DNA of 63,879 nt, filler included, from Stramenopiles sp. TOSAG23-6 (Eukaryota): the NCBI GenBank assembly GCA_900128565.1. It is 3 parts of 3 records of this genome, joined end to end, with 100 filler letters (N's around TTAATTAATTAA, not from the genome) between each part and the next. Parts side by side here need not be neighbours in the genome. Positions count along the whole stretch, not along the records: positions 1 to 22,740 come from LT636012.1; 2 more parts are not named here. One strand, 5' to 3'. A model generated the notes under the pieces. The model had not been told where the DNA came from and searched no databases. It was given only the letters and a program-made list of their open reading frames with translations. The position numbers were made by a program, and so were the translations under genes. This document shows positions 1 to 11,781 of the stretch, in pieces; within the stretch, counting starts at the first letter, position 1, and each line of letters starts with the position of its first letter.

Positions 1-137
1 TTTTTATTTTTTTTTTTTTTTTTTTTTTTGTTTTTTTTTTAATTTTTTTTTTCGTACGAAATTTTGTACCTAACAATTTTTTTTTTTTACTAACCAAAAA
101 AAAAAAAAAAATTTTGAAATATTTTTTCACAATACAT
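1..137 (+). other. Intron (3' part), family member ending AATACAT
   Basis: TTCGTACGAAATTTTGTACCTAAC at 51-74, TTCACAATACAT ending at 137, open frame resumes at 138. Confidence 0.75.
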
Positions 138-341
138 GTACGTTACGAGTCTTGTATAACAGACAAACTTCCACCATTAGAAACAGATGACACAGGAATC
201 ATTGTATATCCAGATATATTCCCTTGGTGTGTCGCAGAACCTGTATCATCATCCATTCCTCCACTTTTTGCAGGATCTTGGGGATATTGCAACTGTGCGA
301 ATTGTAAGGAATGGGATACTCGTGGTGTGTATGTACGTTTT

Positions 342-374
<33 letters not shown>

Positions 375-2399
375 TTTTTTTTTTTAAAAAAATTTTTTAC
401 CCTAAAAAAAAAAAAAAAAACAATTGAAGTTCCAAAATGTTTTTTTTTTTCCCTACATGATGATTTCAATTTTTTTTTTTTTTTTTTTTTTTTTTCGTAC
501 ACAATTTCATACCTAACAAAACCAAATCAATGTTTGAAATATTCTCCTATACTATATGTAAACATAACGAAAGAGTTCTACAACATAAGTGTGTTAAATG
601 TCCTATAGGCTCAACACGAAAAGCAGGTGATAATCCAACAGGTCAAAATACAAAATGTAAAAACGTTATATGTAAACAAAGAGAACATGTGATTAATCAT
701 GAATGTAAAAAGTGCAAAGAAGGATGTATGTTTTATTTATTTTTTTACAAAAAAATCGAATTTTTTTTTTTTATAAAAATTTTGTACCTAACGAGTTTTT
801 TCTTGAAATATTTTTCCAAAATACATGGGGTAGACCACTTGGTGATAAAGCGGTTGGTCCTGATACGTTTTGTTCCAAATTAAAATTTTGTAATTTAGAT
901 ATGTATGCTATACAAAATTTTGAATTCGATGATAATGATTCTCAAAATAGTGAAATAATTGAGACTTCATTTATTAAATATACACATTATGCTAAAGGTA
1001 CAGAGGATGGTGGTTCAATTTGTGTAAAATGTCCAAGACCAGATAAATCAGCAAAAAATGCTATTGTTACATGTACAACTGAATTTGATTCTAGAGTCTC
1101 TCAATGTCAACCTGGTCATTATATTGAAGGTGGTATTGAAGCTGATGCGTCGAATGATTCAAACAAGAATAAAAATGATTTGCATTTAGGTGCTCCAGAT
1201 GTTTGTTGGCCTTGTACACCTCCATCTGTATCCTCTGATGTTTGTCAAGAAGATGAATATGTATGTTTTATTTTTTTTTTTTACAAAAAAATCGAGTTTT
1301 TTTTTATAGTAAATTTTGTACCTAACGTTTTTTTTTTCAATTTCGAATTTATTTTTCCAAAATACATTTACCTCACTGCTCTGGAAAGGAACGCATGGAT
1401 GTTGGATGCTTACCATGTCCATCTATTTCACATGCGACACGTGTCAGTTGCTCAGGCAAACCTCCAAAACATTTTAATCAAAGGAAATCAAATACTATGT
1501 CTACAATGAATGTAATCCTATCTTCATGGGTTATTACTTGTGCAAAAAACTATCATAAATCTCAAGATGTATCAAAATGTATCAAAAATGAAACGATGAG
1601 TAGTGTAACTAATGATTCTATGGATGCAGCTATCATTGTAAATGACTCCAATACAAAAATATCAGACAAAAATACAAAAATATCAGACAAAAATACTGGG
1701 CAGAATACTACACAGGGTATGGATACTGAAAATTCATTTGTTGATCTACAAAGTGAAGCATGTATATTTTATTTTTTTTCAATTTCGAATTTATTTTTCG
1801 TACGAAATTTTGTACCTAACAAAAAACATTTTGAAATATTTTTCTAAAATACATTCACAAATGTTTTTGTTGAGCAACAAAGTGAAGCATTTGTAAATAT
1901 TTCTAGACGTTGGGAAATTGGGTATGAAAATATTAAAAAGTTAAGTGGCGATGAAGAAAATATTGTACGTTTTCAAAATTGAATTTTTTTTTTGAAATTA
2001 TTTTTTCATACGAAATTTTGTACCTAACAAAAAAACAAAAAAACAAAAAACAAATATTTTTTCACAAAACATCTTAAACTTGATGATTCTTTTTTCAGCA
2101 TGAAACAAACGATTGAAGAAGCTGCAGATTTACATAGAACATCAATGGAAAGAATTGTAGAATTAGAACAAATAATATTGAAAAAACAAATACATGTAAA
2201 TGAAGAGAATTCGTGTGATGCTATGCAAAAAGGACCGACATTGTTCCCACAATTCATAAATTCATTTTTGAATAAAGAGACAAAAGATTTTATAAATGAA
2301 ACTCCATTAAGTGTTTTAGCGGTTGCTATTGGAGTTGGTTTCAATGTAGCTTGGTCAATGACGAGTCTCTTATCTCTTGTCATGAAATCTTTCTGGTGA
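138..2399 (+). CDS. Cys-rich surface/membrane protein, 5'-partial, at least 6 exons
   Basis: Exons ~138-328, ~556-725, 827-1260, 1368-1761, 1855-1964, 2073-2399. Splicing restores the repeat register (CVKCPIGSTRKAGDNPTGQNTKC vs CKKCKEG|WGRPLGDKAVGPDTFC, both 23 aa) and a QSEAF repeat. Has a WC...WGYC motif (FN2-like, tentative) and a hydrophobic C-terminal segment. Confidence 0.75.
329..555 (+). other. Intron, family member; exact boundaries ambiguous
   Basis: Donors GTATGT at 329 or GTACGT at 333; TTCGTACACAATTTCATACCTAAC near 494-517; no AG near the 3' end, which falls at about 550-557. Confidence 0.55.
726..826 (+). other. GT-AT intron, 101 nt
   Basis: GGAT|GTATGT...TTTTGTACCTAAC...CCAAAATACAT|GG; removal restores the Cys repeat register. 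Confidence 0.85.
1261..1367 (+). other. GT-AT intron, 107 nt
   Basis: TAT|GTATGT...TTTTGTACCTAAC...CCAAAATACAT|TTA; phase 0 joins CQEDEY|LPHCSG. Confidence 0.8.
1762..1854 (+). other. GT-AT intron, 93 nt
   Basis: GCAT|GTATAT...TTCGTACGAAATTTTGTACCTAAC...CTAAAATACAT|TC; restores QSEAF, matching a second QSEAF downstream. Confidence 0.85.
1965..2072 (+). other. GT-AT intron, 108 nt
   Basis: ATT|GTACGT...TTTTGTACCTAAC...TTCACAAAACAT|CTT; phase 0; cannot be redrawn as AT-AC. Confidence 0.8.
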
Positions 2400-2520
2400 G
2401 TATTTTGTTAAAAGAGGATGAAAAATAAATTAAATTTAAATTTTTTTTTTTTTTTTTTTTTTAACAAAAAAATTTCATCGAGTTTACTACAGATTTATTG
2501 TATATAAAGGACCAGGTTCT

Positions 2521-3549
2521 CTATAAATACATCTTAATATCATCATTCCATTCAAAAGTATCTACATTATCTGTATTAACTTCATGTTTCTCAACTGATA
2601 AACCATCCAATTCATTCAACACAACTATATTAGTAACCATTGCACCCCAGTCATTTAACGGTTTTGAACTTTTCAGAATATTAATAATTTGAAGAACTGA
2701 ATTTTTACTTCCACAAAGAGTAACTAGTACAAAATTACGTAACTCTTCATTCGTATTATTAGAATCAGTACCATTTGTCGCACCTGCACAAAGTCCTCGT
2801 CTTTTAGCACCACGTATTAAGGTCTGCCTAAACATTACGTTGTGAACTGTACCATATACCTTGTAATACATTTTCACTTGTGTATCATCCACTACAGGAG
2901 GATTGTTTTGTTTTGATGTCTCAGAGGTTGAATTAGGAACCTCCGGCGGCATTATTGAAAGTGTATTCTTGGTACCTACGTCGAAATCAGGACTAAAGGG
3001 GTCGATATCCATTGGAAGTCCTTGCAGTTTACGATGTTTCAGTTCTTCAACTACTTTCAACCTCGCAAGTTCCATTTTCTCCCGTGCTGCTCTTAAATGA
3101 TTTTGATGTGCTCCTTCCTGTTTCATTCTTAAACTCGCGTGTAATAATTTCTTCTTCGCATCGAGAAGTTTCGTTTTTAAACATTCTATGTCACCTAGTT
3201 GTACCGACTTATGAAGATGTGTCCACTCGTGGCGTTGTTTTTCATATTCATTTTCAACTTCAGCTGGTTTATCCCGAATTCGAAGTTCACATCCTGGCAA
3301 GGCCTCTCGTTTTTCATACTCCGGTATTAACCAAGAGTATGCGGTACTACGCTTAATAAATGTTTTTTCCAAACAAACAAGTACACCAGCAGTAAGCTCT
3401 TTCCAATGTGGAGCATATATGTACCACAATCCTTGTGTGTCACTAATTGTCCATTTTAATATCTTGGGTGTAGTTGAACATTCTTTTTTCTGAGAAGTAT
3501 GTGTCACTTTTGTATCTTGGTTTCTTACTGGCATATTGGCTGTTACCAT
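2521..3549 (-). CDS. Protein with C-terminal acylphosphatase-like domain
   Basis: KVYGTVHNVMFRQTLIRGAKRRGLCAGATN resembles the acylphosphatase V.G.VQGV.FR...A...GL.G...N motif; the N-terminal half is unrecognised. Confidence 0.6.
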   Translation of the reverse strand: MVTANMPVRNQDTKVTHTSQKKECSTTPKILKWTISDTQGLWYIYAPHWKELTAGVLVCLEKTFIKRSTAYSWLIPEYEKREALPGCELRIRDKPAEVENEYEKQRHEWTHLHKSVQLGDIECLKTKLLDAKKKLLHASLRMKQEGAHQNHLRAAREKMELARLKVVEELKHRKLQGLPMDIDPFSPDFDVGTKNTLSIMPPEVPNSTSETSKQNNPPVVDDTQVKMYYKVYGTVHNVMFRQTLIRGAKRRGLCAGATNGTDSNNTNEELRNFVLVTLCGSKNSVLQIINILKSSKPLNDWGAMVTNIVVLNELDGLSVEKHEVNTDNVDTFEWNDDIKMYL

Positions 3550-3828
3550 GAGAAATGCGATGTACTGTAGGAAGAGATTCGCTGCTGTAATACTACAACA
3601 GAAGATACAGCATTACAAATAATGGTCAATTGTTGTCAAGTCCAATAAATATTTTTTTGAGGACGACAAGAAGCGAGAGACTAAAAAAAAATAGTTTTTT
3701 CAAAAATCTGGAACAAACCTGTCTCAACCTATAAAAATCAACAAAATTGGAGTCAGCCTCCGATTTGTAGTACTGAATAGAACGGGTTGTTGGAACAAAT
3801 AGTACTAGAAATCCGTGTATAATTCAAT

Positions 3829-6800
3829 ATGTCTTTACAAGCACAGCTCCAACAGCTACGTGCCCAGCGTGGTGGTGGAGCAGTGCAGTCTCGACTAAAT
3901 CGTAAGCGATGTTTTACAATACTTTATGAAAGTCCACGCGCCGCGGCGGATGTTTCAGTTGACGTTCTACACTCTCAAGCCATCAATGGACTACTCACTC
4001 TAACCCAGATGTGCCCTGCTTTAGCTGCCTTTGAGAATACACTTCTCGCCCCATCAACGACAACATTAGAACGTGGGCTTCTTGGTAAACAAGAGAACAA
4101 TGCTCTAGATAAGTCTATTTCGAGATTCTTGAGATTGATATCTCCATATATTTTATTACGTGCAGCGCACAAAGTCTTTGAATACCTACTTCGAGTGTAT
4201 GAAGTACATGAGTGGAATATTGACGCTATTATGGAGTGTATTCTCCCATTTCATCAGACTGATTTGTTTGGAAAGTTCGTATCAACACTGCAGATAACAG
4301 ATTCTTCAATGTGGCATTTTCTAAAAGGTGTGAAAAAGAATAAATCACAACTCATGGGTTCGGTTCTCATCGAACAATGTCGAAAAGATCCGAAAGGTTT
4401 ATTGGACTTTATTTGCCGTCTTCCAAGTCGTTCCATTGAATCAGGTGCTAGTTCTAAAACCGCTGCAACATTTACTTCTGTAGTTGTAGTGGGAGTTTTG
4501 CAGAAAGGAGTTCCAAGTGATAGCATTGTCCGCTGCGTTTTGTCATCTGCCCTTTCATTACTGAATACTTCACAAACAAAACAGGAACAACATTGCATCG
4601 CGAGTGCATATCTTATCATTACACAAGTTGCTACAAGTGTAGAGCTCTCCGAAAACGTATTTAATAATATTGTAGATACTATATCTTCTCTATTTATTGA
4701 ATCCAAGACAAATTTTGGTATGAATATGTACCATGATGCTTTACTCTGCTTATTCTGTATATTCGAAACTCAACGGCCTACATCATTTCCAAGTACTGCA
4801 GCATATCGAATACTTAATACGGCATCGTTGACTGCCCTTCGTCATGGAAATGGAGGTGATGATTTTGAATCTGGTATTGTGGCTATTCTTGAAGGTATTT
4901 TTACTAATGATGATGAAACGACATCATGTGCTGGTCAAAGTATATTTGTTACATTGTTACTTGAGTCTCTTGCATCATTACTTGTGACACAATATGACAA
5001 ATTTCGGTTTATTTTACAAGAATTTCTTGACCGAGGTAGAAATATTCTAAATGATTCTCATTCCTGGCAATCATTCTGTCATATTGTTGTTGAAAATACA
5101 ACTGATTTAATACAAAACTCAAAAAATTCAAATGATGATGATATTCTTAAAACATTGAAAAAAATTCTTCATTCGGTCGAAGTAAAATACCCTGAATCTT
5201 TGGATGCTGCCTTGAGTAAATTTTTACATATCCAGAATGATAAAAGGAATGAACAAACAGAAAAAATTGCAAATGTTATTCATAAAATGCTTTCTGGATC
5301 TAACCTACCTCTTCGACTCAGACCAGTTGTTTTAGATACAAATAGTTCAATGATGGGTAGTTGTAATAGTAAAAGAATTACGACAACTGTTGCCTTGGGA
5401 CTTCAACATCCTCTAGCAGCTGTTCGAATGAAAAGTGTCGAACATATTTCTACATCTTTATCGTCAATAGTAAAAACATGTGAATCCGACGAAACAGAGG
5501 ATAAGAAGCAACACGAAGCATTTTTATTCTTTCAAAATAATTTTGTACCACTTCTTAAAAACTGCCTCTTTGACGATGAAGCAGACGTTTCAATTAATGT
5601 ATTACCTCTTCTTTCAATGATTGCAGATCTATCGAAGTCAACACGGACAGTACCAATAGAGTTGAATAGACAAGCTACATTTGGTAAAGAAGAATTAGCT
5701 GAAATTTTATTTTCTCGTCTTTGTAAAATGTTGGATAAAAAAACATCATCAAAAACAAAATTACCGCCAATGATTGAAACAGAAAGTAAGACGTTTATAT
5801 GTGAAATTCTGCGACGTTTTCCTTTACCACTTCCTGAATCAGTGAGTGATGACGCAGCGTCGGGTCATGTAAGTACAGGTGGTTTTTGTTCTCTATTATT
5901 ACAACTATTTCCAAAAGTTGTAGATAAGGTTCATGAGATACATAAAGCAGCCATTGATGCTGCTGATCGTAGTGAACATTGGCTCTTTTCTGGAATCTCG
6001 AAATCAATCTCAAAGAAAGGTACAGCTGAAAAACTTCTTTCTGTACTCGCTCAGAATATTTGTAATAACAGTGAAAAACAAATCGAATCTTGGATGTGCA
6101 GAGGACAAGGCAAATGGATCTTTTTTCGTGCTGCATCTTTGGCTTTACAAGGTATGAAAGACAAAAAAAACAAAGAAAACAAAAAAAACAAAAAAAACAA
6201 AAATGTGATGCCATCTTTTATTGTATCTTTACTACCTCATTTATTTCTTGAGCTTTCTCTACTTGCGAATGAATGTACTCAAAAAATAGATCATTCAACA
6301 ACGATAAAAAAAGCAAAATCGCCTCCATATATTCGTGAACGTCGAATTCGTCCATCATCGTTTGAAAGCCAAGTTGCTGTAATGATAAAATTCATAGAAA
6401 TTGCTTTTAGTCACCTTCCCATGATCAATGGTGATACTAATTTGGATAGTACAGCGTATACAAATGCAATCAATACAAGTTCTGGTCTTATTAATGGAAG
6501 TCTTGATTTTGAAAGGTGGGTTTCGGATAAGACGGAGAATGTAGCACTTATTGTGAATATTGCTTCACTACGTGGTCTTCTTCGTTTACCTCAGCCAATG
6601 TTTGCCTGGTTTCAACCTATTCTTTGTGATCTGCTCGGTCTTCAATTTGGTTCTTGTGGTGTCTCAAAAGTTCTGTCTTTTTTATATTCTTCATTACAAT
6701 TTGACAATGCACCAGTTGCAATTGTCCAAGAACGTGCATTATTACTCAATGCTAAATTGATTGCAAATGATGAAGAATCAGCTAAATTGTCTACGTTACT

Positions 6801-9800
6801 ATTTGTCCCGTTGACATCTCCAAATACAAAAATACGGCTTACAACTTTACAAGTTATTGAATCTATCATAAGCTCTATTGGAAATAGCGATTTGGCTAAA
6901 GGATTAAAGAATATTTTCTCTCTTACAGTTCAAAACAAACATTCAATATCTACTGATCCAGATGCAGTTGCTCATATACTTGCACCCATTTGCAGAGAAT
7001 CTAAACTTTCAAAAGGAAACAAAAAGGCAGTTCAGGTCATTCTAAAGAATGTTGTGTCGTCAAATATCTCAACTTTTTCTCAATGGAAGATTTTATCTGT
7101 ATTTAGATTTGTATGTCCAAAAACAATCATGACATCTTGTCTACCTCTCCTTCGTTCTTTATTATCCCGTGCGAGTCGTACTCTACAGAAAGGTGTTGAA
7201 TATGAGAATGAATTGGATATTAATGAAAATGCATCTATAGATATTCTCTTGAATTGTGCATTCAAAGCACGTACTTCAACTATTGGTACACCAGTTGAAA
7301 CTTTACTTCTTGATCTCTTTACTGATGGTTGTTTATTTTCAACCAAGTATGTAAAACAGGTCATTCCTCTAATAGATGCATCTCTATATGAATCAATTTC
7401 AAACTCTGCAAAGTTAAAATTGTTTGTTGCTTTGCTGAAAGTTATTGCACATAATAACTCGGATGTTGCAACGTTGGCGCGTGATGCTTTACAAAGAATT
7501 CCAATTACAAATGAACTTTTGATAAAACAAATTGAATTTGCATATTCTCACATAGCAACATCTATTGTAATAGCAAAAGCACCACCTCGGGAAGATGTCG
7601 AAATAGTAGCACAAGCATCAATGAAGGATAGAATAAGTGAAGGTTTATCGTTTTTAGAAACACTTTCTGCCGTAATTCAAAAACGTATTGAAGATTTGAA
7701 GTCACCTGTAGAGATCACTAAAGCGTTGTTCAATGCATTAGTTTCACTTCAACCTTTGGTATGTACTCTTGAAGCTAATGACGAAATGAATGCATCGATC
7801 AGTAATCTCGGTGGTACTACATCTGATTTTATAGTTGTACAAGTGATTTCGTGTCTTTCTGGACTTATTAAAAAACTATCAACTTCTATTCAAAATATCG
7901 AAACTGAAGATGAATGGTCTCAGATTGCTTCAAAAGACGCACTTGATGCTCTAGTTGCATGTATACGATTTACAAATAATCAACAAGTAAGAAACGCTGC
8001 TCTTCAACTACTTGGTACTATTGCATCAGCTGCTCCACATAAAATACTAAATTTAATTTTACCCATTCTGAAATGGGCTGGGAACGGAGCTTTACAACAA
8101 GAAGATAGCTATACTTTTTATATTATCCAAGGTATAGTCCGGTCTGCTATTCCTCCATTATTAGCAAATGGTCTTCGAATCGGTCCTTTGCTTGAATCGT
8201 GTATTGCAGCAGCAGCTGGCGCACCTATAATTAGACAACTCAGATTACTTAATTGTGTTATTGCTTCTTCTGGCCCAAAGCATCTTGCTGCTGCTGTACT
8301 GTTGATTCTATCAGGTTGTGGAGGTCCTCCAGAAGGTATGAAATCTGTGGATATGTCAGAATTATGTCATTCTTTATTACAATCATTTGGTGTTAAACAT
8401 CAATTAGTTGCATTACGTTGTATTTTAGCCACATCAAAAATGTTGTTTAATAATACAAAAGAATTATATGAATTTCTAGAGAATGATACAATTGTAGAGA
8501 AATTGAATCCTTCTTCGGAAGATTCATTGGATGATCTTTGTCATACTAAAATTTTATTGAAAGAAATACATGCAGGTTGTAAAGCAAACTCGGTTATATC
8601 TAATCGCGTAGGTCATTCAACTACTAAAAACGGAGCTTTTATTCTAGATCCTCAACACCTAGCTGTTCTTAGCGTCGGTTTTGTTGGATCTCATTTAAAT
8701 ACACGCAAGTATATATCGATGGCAATTGCTCATAAGAAGAGAAAGGTAAAGGCTCAAATTCAACGAAATTATCTTCATTTATGTCAACATATCTTTGAAT
8801 TAATTCGAAGTCCAAACTCAACACAATGTGACGATACTATATCAAAATCCTTGGGTGATAAAATGTCAACTGCTGTGTATGGTATTTTAGATATGTTGAA
8901 TCAATTACTTTCGGTACCTGGTTTTCTTGCTGCTATTGGTGAATTATTACAACATGAAGATCATACTGTTCGAAAGAAAGCTCTTGAACTTTTCAATCGT
9001 CGTGTTCAAGAGCATGGTGATAGTTTAAACAAACAACCTGAAGATCTCATGTTATTTTTGGATATGACAACTTCCCTTGAAGCTGTAATTCTTTCTGGTG
9101 TTCCACCAAAGTCTGACAAATCAAATAAAAATGGAAAGAAGCGTGGAAAGAAACATAACAAAAAGTTACAAGTAAAAGATATACCACAAACGTGTGTTGA
9201 TAATGCTTTAACTGCATTATTATCACTTCATGTTTTATCTGGAACGTTTGCAAAGAATAATCCTGGACCATTTTTGAAAATTTTACCTGCGGTGATTCAC
9301 GTAGCCCAGGTTTCTCAAGGTCAACTTCTTGGTTCTGCTTTAGGTGTTTTTGCATCCATTGCACTTGCTGTAGGTCCGAAAGCAATTCCATACTTACCCC
9401 GTGTAGTGCCTAGATTAATATTTGCTGTATCTTCAGTAGCAACGTCAGACAAATCATCTACAGGAGAGGATTGCATTTCTGATTATAGAACACTTGTTCA
9501 CGGTAGTTTGGAAGCAGTATCGGCTGTAGTTCGCGCATTACCTTGTTTTATGTCTCCTTATCTTGTTGATTTATTATCAGTTTTGACATCAAAAGATTTA
9601 CTAGTACAAGGTCGACTGGATAGTCTTGGTACAGCTGCTAGTGAAACACATAGAAGAACGTTACAACAACTTGCTGAACTCATTCCTGTACGTCTTTTAT
9701 TACCAGCGATTCGTTCTAGATATGTAGGTGCTGTAATTGATGGTGGTAATTCCATAGAGACGTTAATGCGGTTATTAGCTACAATGCTACAACGTTTGAA

Positions 9801-10872
9801 GAGATCAGAAGTGAAGAAACATTCCGTTGAGATATCTGAATTTTTCATTCTTGCACTCGATCATTTAATTGATTCAACATCAGATTCATTTGATTCGCCA
9901 CTAGTCAAACGTGGTGAGAAAGCAGTCATAGCAGCTCTCGTATCCTTTGTCGTGAAGATGACTGAACTTGAACTACGTCCATTTTTTCACAAACTTTGTC
10001 ACTGGGCCAGTAACAATAATTCTTGCAACGATAGTGATGATGAAAGTGATGTTGACGATGATGATGAGAGTATTGTTGTATCATACAAATCCAGACGACG
10101 TCAAAGTGCGTTATTTGGTGTTGTTGCTTCTTTACTTGAAAATCTTAAATCTATTTTTGTTCCTTTTGTTGGGCATCTTTGGCAACTATGTGCTGAACTT
10201 CTCGAAATTCCAGTACCTACAACAAATTCTACAACATCCATAGAAGGAACAATTGAACAATTTGAGACTGTAGTTGACGAGAATAACCAAAAGTATGGAA
10301 AACGTAAATTAAAGTCAAATCAACAAAACAGTAACAAAAGACAACGTTGTGAAATCACTCGAGGTACACGAAATCTTACTATTTGGTTGGAATTACGTAC
10401 GCGTATTCTTTTGACCATTCAACGAACATGTCGATATGATACAGGTGATTTCATTGACCAATCTCGATTTGAATTAATTATGCCACGAATTGTTAATGTT
10501 CTTGATGGTGATGGTTTTACAACAAGAGCTCGAATTGAATATCAAGAATATATGGAAACATTTGTAATACCATGCTTATGGCGTTTGGCTGCTGCTGCAG
10601 GTACAGATATATTATGGAAGCCATTGAATCATATGGTTCTTTTGAAGACTCGATCAGAGAGTGCAAAGATTCGTCATGCATCCCTGATGGTGATTCAACA
10701 AATGTATCAAAATTTGGGTGAGGATATGTTAGTATTGCTTCCAGAAACAATTCCATTTATTGCCGAACTTATGGAAGATTCAGATGAACAAGTTGAAAAC
10801 GTATGCATGGAAATGAAAGAACAAATAGAAGAATTATCTGGAGAAAAACTTGATGATTATTTAATGAATTAA
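3829..10872 (+). CDS. HEATR1: U3 snoRNP/SSU processome HEAT-repeat protein UTP10/HEATR1 (BAP28)
   Basis: 2347 aa intronless ORF; N-terminal MSLQAQLQQL and FLRLISPY...EYLLR...LPFH; C-terminal BP28CT-like LWKPLNH.VLLKTR...LLPETIPFIAELMED. Confidence 0.93.
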   Translation: MSLQAQLQQLRAQRGGGAVQSRLNRKRCFTILYESPRAAADVSVDVLHSQAINGLLTLTQMCPALAAFENTLLAPSTTTLERGLLGKQENNALDKSISRFLRLISPYILLRAAHKVFEYLLRVYEVHEWNIDAIMECILPFHQTDLFGKFVSTLQITDSSMWHFLKGVKKNKSQLMGSVLIEQCRKDPKGLLDFICRLPSRSIESGASSKTAATFTSVVVVGVLQKGVPSDSIVRCVLSSALSLLNTSQTKQEQHCIASAYLIITQVATSVELSENVFNNIVDTISSLFIESKTNFGMNMYHDALLCLFCIFETQRPTSFPSTAAYRILNTASLTALRHGNGGDDFESGIVAILEGIFTNDDETTSCAGQSIFVTLLLESLASLLVTQYDKFRFILQEFLDRGRNILNDSHSWQSFCHIVVENTTDLIQNSKNSNDDDILKTLKKILHSVEVKYPESLDAALSKFLHIQNDKRNEQTEKIANVIHKMLSGSNLPLRLRPVVLDTNSSMMGSCNSKRITTTVALGLQHPLAAVRMKSVEHISTSLSSIVKTCESDETEDKKQHEAFLFFQNNFVPLLKNCLFDDEADVSINVLPLLSMIADLSKSTRTVPIELNRQATFGKEELAEILFSRLCKMLDKKTSSKTKLPPMIETESKTFICEILRRFPLPLPESVSDDAASGHVSTGGFCSLLLQLFPKVVDKVHEIHKAAIDAADRSEHWLFSGISKSISKKGTAEKLLSVLAQNICNNSEKQIESWMCRGQGKWIFFRAASLALQGMKDKKNKENKKNKKNKNVMPSFIVSLLPHLFLELSLLANECTQKIDHSTTIKKAKSPPYIRERRIRPSSFESQVAVMIKFIEIAFSHLPMINGDTNLDSTAYTNAINTSSGLINGSLDFERWVSDKTENVALIVNIASLRGLLRLPQPMFAWFQPILCDLLGLQFGSCGVSKVLSFLYSSLQFDNAPVAIVQERALLLNAKLIANDEESAKLSTLLFVPLTSPNTKIRLTTLQVIESIISSIGNSDLAKGLKNIFSLTVQNKHSISTDPDAVAHILAPICRESKLSKGNKKAVQVILKNVVSSNISTFSQWKILSVFRFVCPKTIMTSCLPLLRSLLSRASRTLQKGVEYENELDINENASIDILLNCAFKARTSTIGTPVETLLLDLFTDGCLFSTKYVKQVIPLIDASLYESISNSAKLKLFVALLKVIAHNNSDVATLARDALQRIPITNELLIKQIEFAYSHIATSIVIAKAPPREDVEIVAQASMKDRISEGLSFLETLSAVIQKRIEDLKSPVEITKALFNALVSLQPLVCTLEANDEMNASISNLGGTTSDFIVVQVISCLSGLIKKLSTSIQNIETEDEWSQIASKDALDALVACIRFTNNQQVRNAALQLLGTIASAAPHKILNLILPILKWAGNGALQQEDSYTFYIIQGIVRSAIPPLLANGLRIGPLLESCIAAAAGAPIIRQLRLLNCVIASSGPKHLAAAVLLILSGCGGPPEGMKSVDMSELCHSLLQSFGVKHQLVALRCILATSKMLFNNTKELYEFLENDTIVEKLNPSSEDSLDDLCHTKILLKEIHAGCKANSVISNRVGHSTTKNGAFILDPQHLAVLSVGFVGSHLNTRKYISMAIAHKKRKVKAQIQRNYLHLCQHIFELIRSPNSTQCDDTISKSLGDKMSTAVYGILDMLNQLLSVPGFLAAIGELLQHEDHTVRKKALELFNRRVQEHGDSLNKQPEDLMLFLDMTTSLEAVILSGVPPKSDKSNKNGKKRGKKHNKKLQVKDIPQTCVDNALTALLSLHVLSGTFAKNNPGPFLKILPAVIHVAQVSQGQLLGSALGVFASIALAVGPKAIPYLPRVVPRLIFAVSSVATSDKSSTGEDCISDYRTLVHGSLEAVSAVVRALPCFMSPYLVDLLSVLTSKDLLVQGRLDSLGTAASETHRRTLQQLAELIPVRLLLPAIRSRYVGAVIDGGNSIETLMRLLATMLQRLKRSEVKKHSVEISEFFILALDHLIDSTSDSFDSPLVKRGEKAVIAALVSFVVKMTELELRPFFHKLCHWASNNNSCNDSDDESDVDDDDESIVVSYKSRRRQSALFGVVASLLENLKSIFVPFVGHLWQLCAELLEIPVPTTNSTTSIEGTIEQFETVVDENNQKYGKRKLKSNQQNSNKRQRCEITRGTRNLTIWLELRTRILLTIQRTCRYDTGDFIDQSRFELIMPRIVNVLDGDGFTTRARIEYQEYMETFVIPCLWRLAAAAGTDILWKPLNHMVLLKTRSESAKIRHASLMVIQQMYQNLGEDMLVLLPETIPFIAELMEDSDEQVENVCMEMKEQIEELSGEKLDDYLMN

Positions 10873-10960
10873 AGTTGTATTGGTATTTGAAATAATAAAT
10901 TTTATAATAGAACATTAAAAAATCTATATATATAAAAATCTATATAATTTTTTTTTTGTC

Positions 10961-11226
10961 ATGGTGTCACTAAATGTTTGAAAACTGCAGCAAAATGGAA
11001 CGGAAAAGCAGAAAAGCAGATGAAAGATGTAAAAAGTGATACTCTACAGAAATCCATAATTAAATTCAGCAAATCAACATGTTTTACATGTGGGAAAGAG
11101 GGTAAACATAAAAAAATGGTTCCTTGTAGTCGGTGTAATTGTGCGACATATTGTTCAAAGAAGTGTCAGAGAAAGCATTGGAAGAGTACACACAAGAGTG
11201 AGTGTTTGAAGAAAACAAAAAAATGA
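10961..11226 (+). pseudogene. 5'-truncated duplicate of the neighbouring Sel1/zf-MYND gene
   Basis: Matches 12320-12585 from GTCACTAAATGTTTGAAAACTGCAGC through the MYND finger; the 3' flank is also duplicated; Sel1 repeats are absent. Confidence 0.65.
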
Positions 11227-11781
11227 GATATTGCTTTTATATTTTTTAATGTAAAACAACGCCAAGCACAAACAAATAGATGAAATAATTATTTTTTTAT
11301 TACACTCTAACTTGAAATTGAAAAAAATAAATATAAATTTTACACAATCTATATTATCGGATTATTCAGAATGAGTTAATTTCTATTCATAAATTCGGAA
11401 AAAGACTCAAAATTTTCATTTCATAATTAATTTAAATGAGGAACAATATTCAAACCTCCTATTATTATTATTATCATTATTATGTTTATGTTTTTTCCAC
11501 AACTACTCATATCAAGATGTAAAAGTGTTTTGTTACGAAAATGAACGAAATGAATGAAAATCTCCGCTTTTTCGATCGACGGAGGTTTTAATTTTTTTTT
11601 GCTCTGACCACTCATCCTGATGTGGCAGAATTCGGCCAACCGATATGACATTGGATCGATTGGCTTATTTTGAAGCTCTACTTTCTCTCTCTCATTAAAC
11701 TCCCTCTGTCTATCTCTCTCTCTTGGCCACTGACAGGTGGTGTGGTGCGTCTAGATCCTTGTGTATGCTGAATACTGAACA

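Noticed and set aside
114-2000. Phe/Lys-rich ORF extensions such as FFFFF or RNFVPN
   Set aside because: These are translations of intron sequence, not protein.
51-2030. CRISPR-like array from the recurring palindromic motif
   Set aside because: Spacing is irregular and hundreds of nt, intervening DNA is eukaryotic exon, and no cas genes are present.
3975-10756. Short antisense and alternate-frame ORFs inside UTP10 and other long genes
   Set aside because: Shadows of the real CDS with no recognisable motifs.
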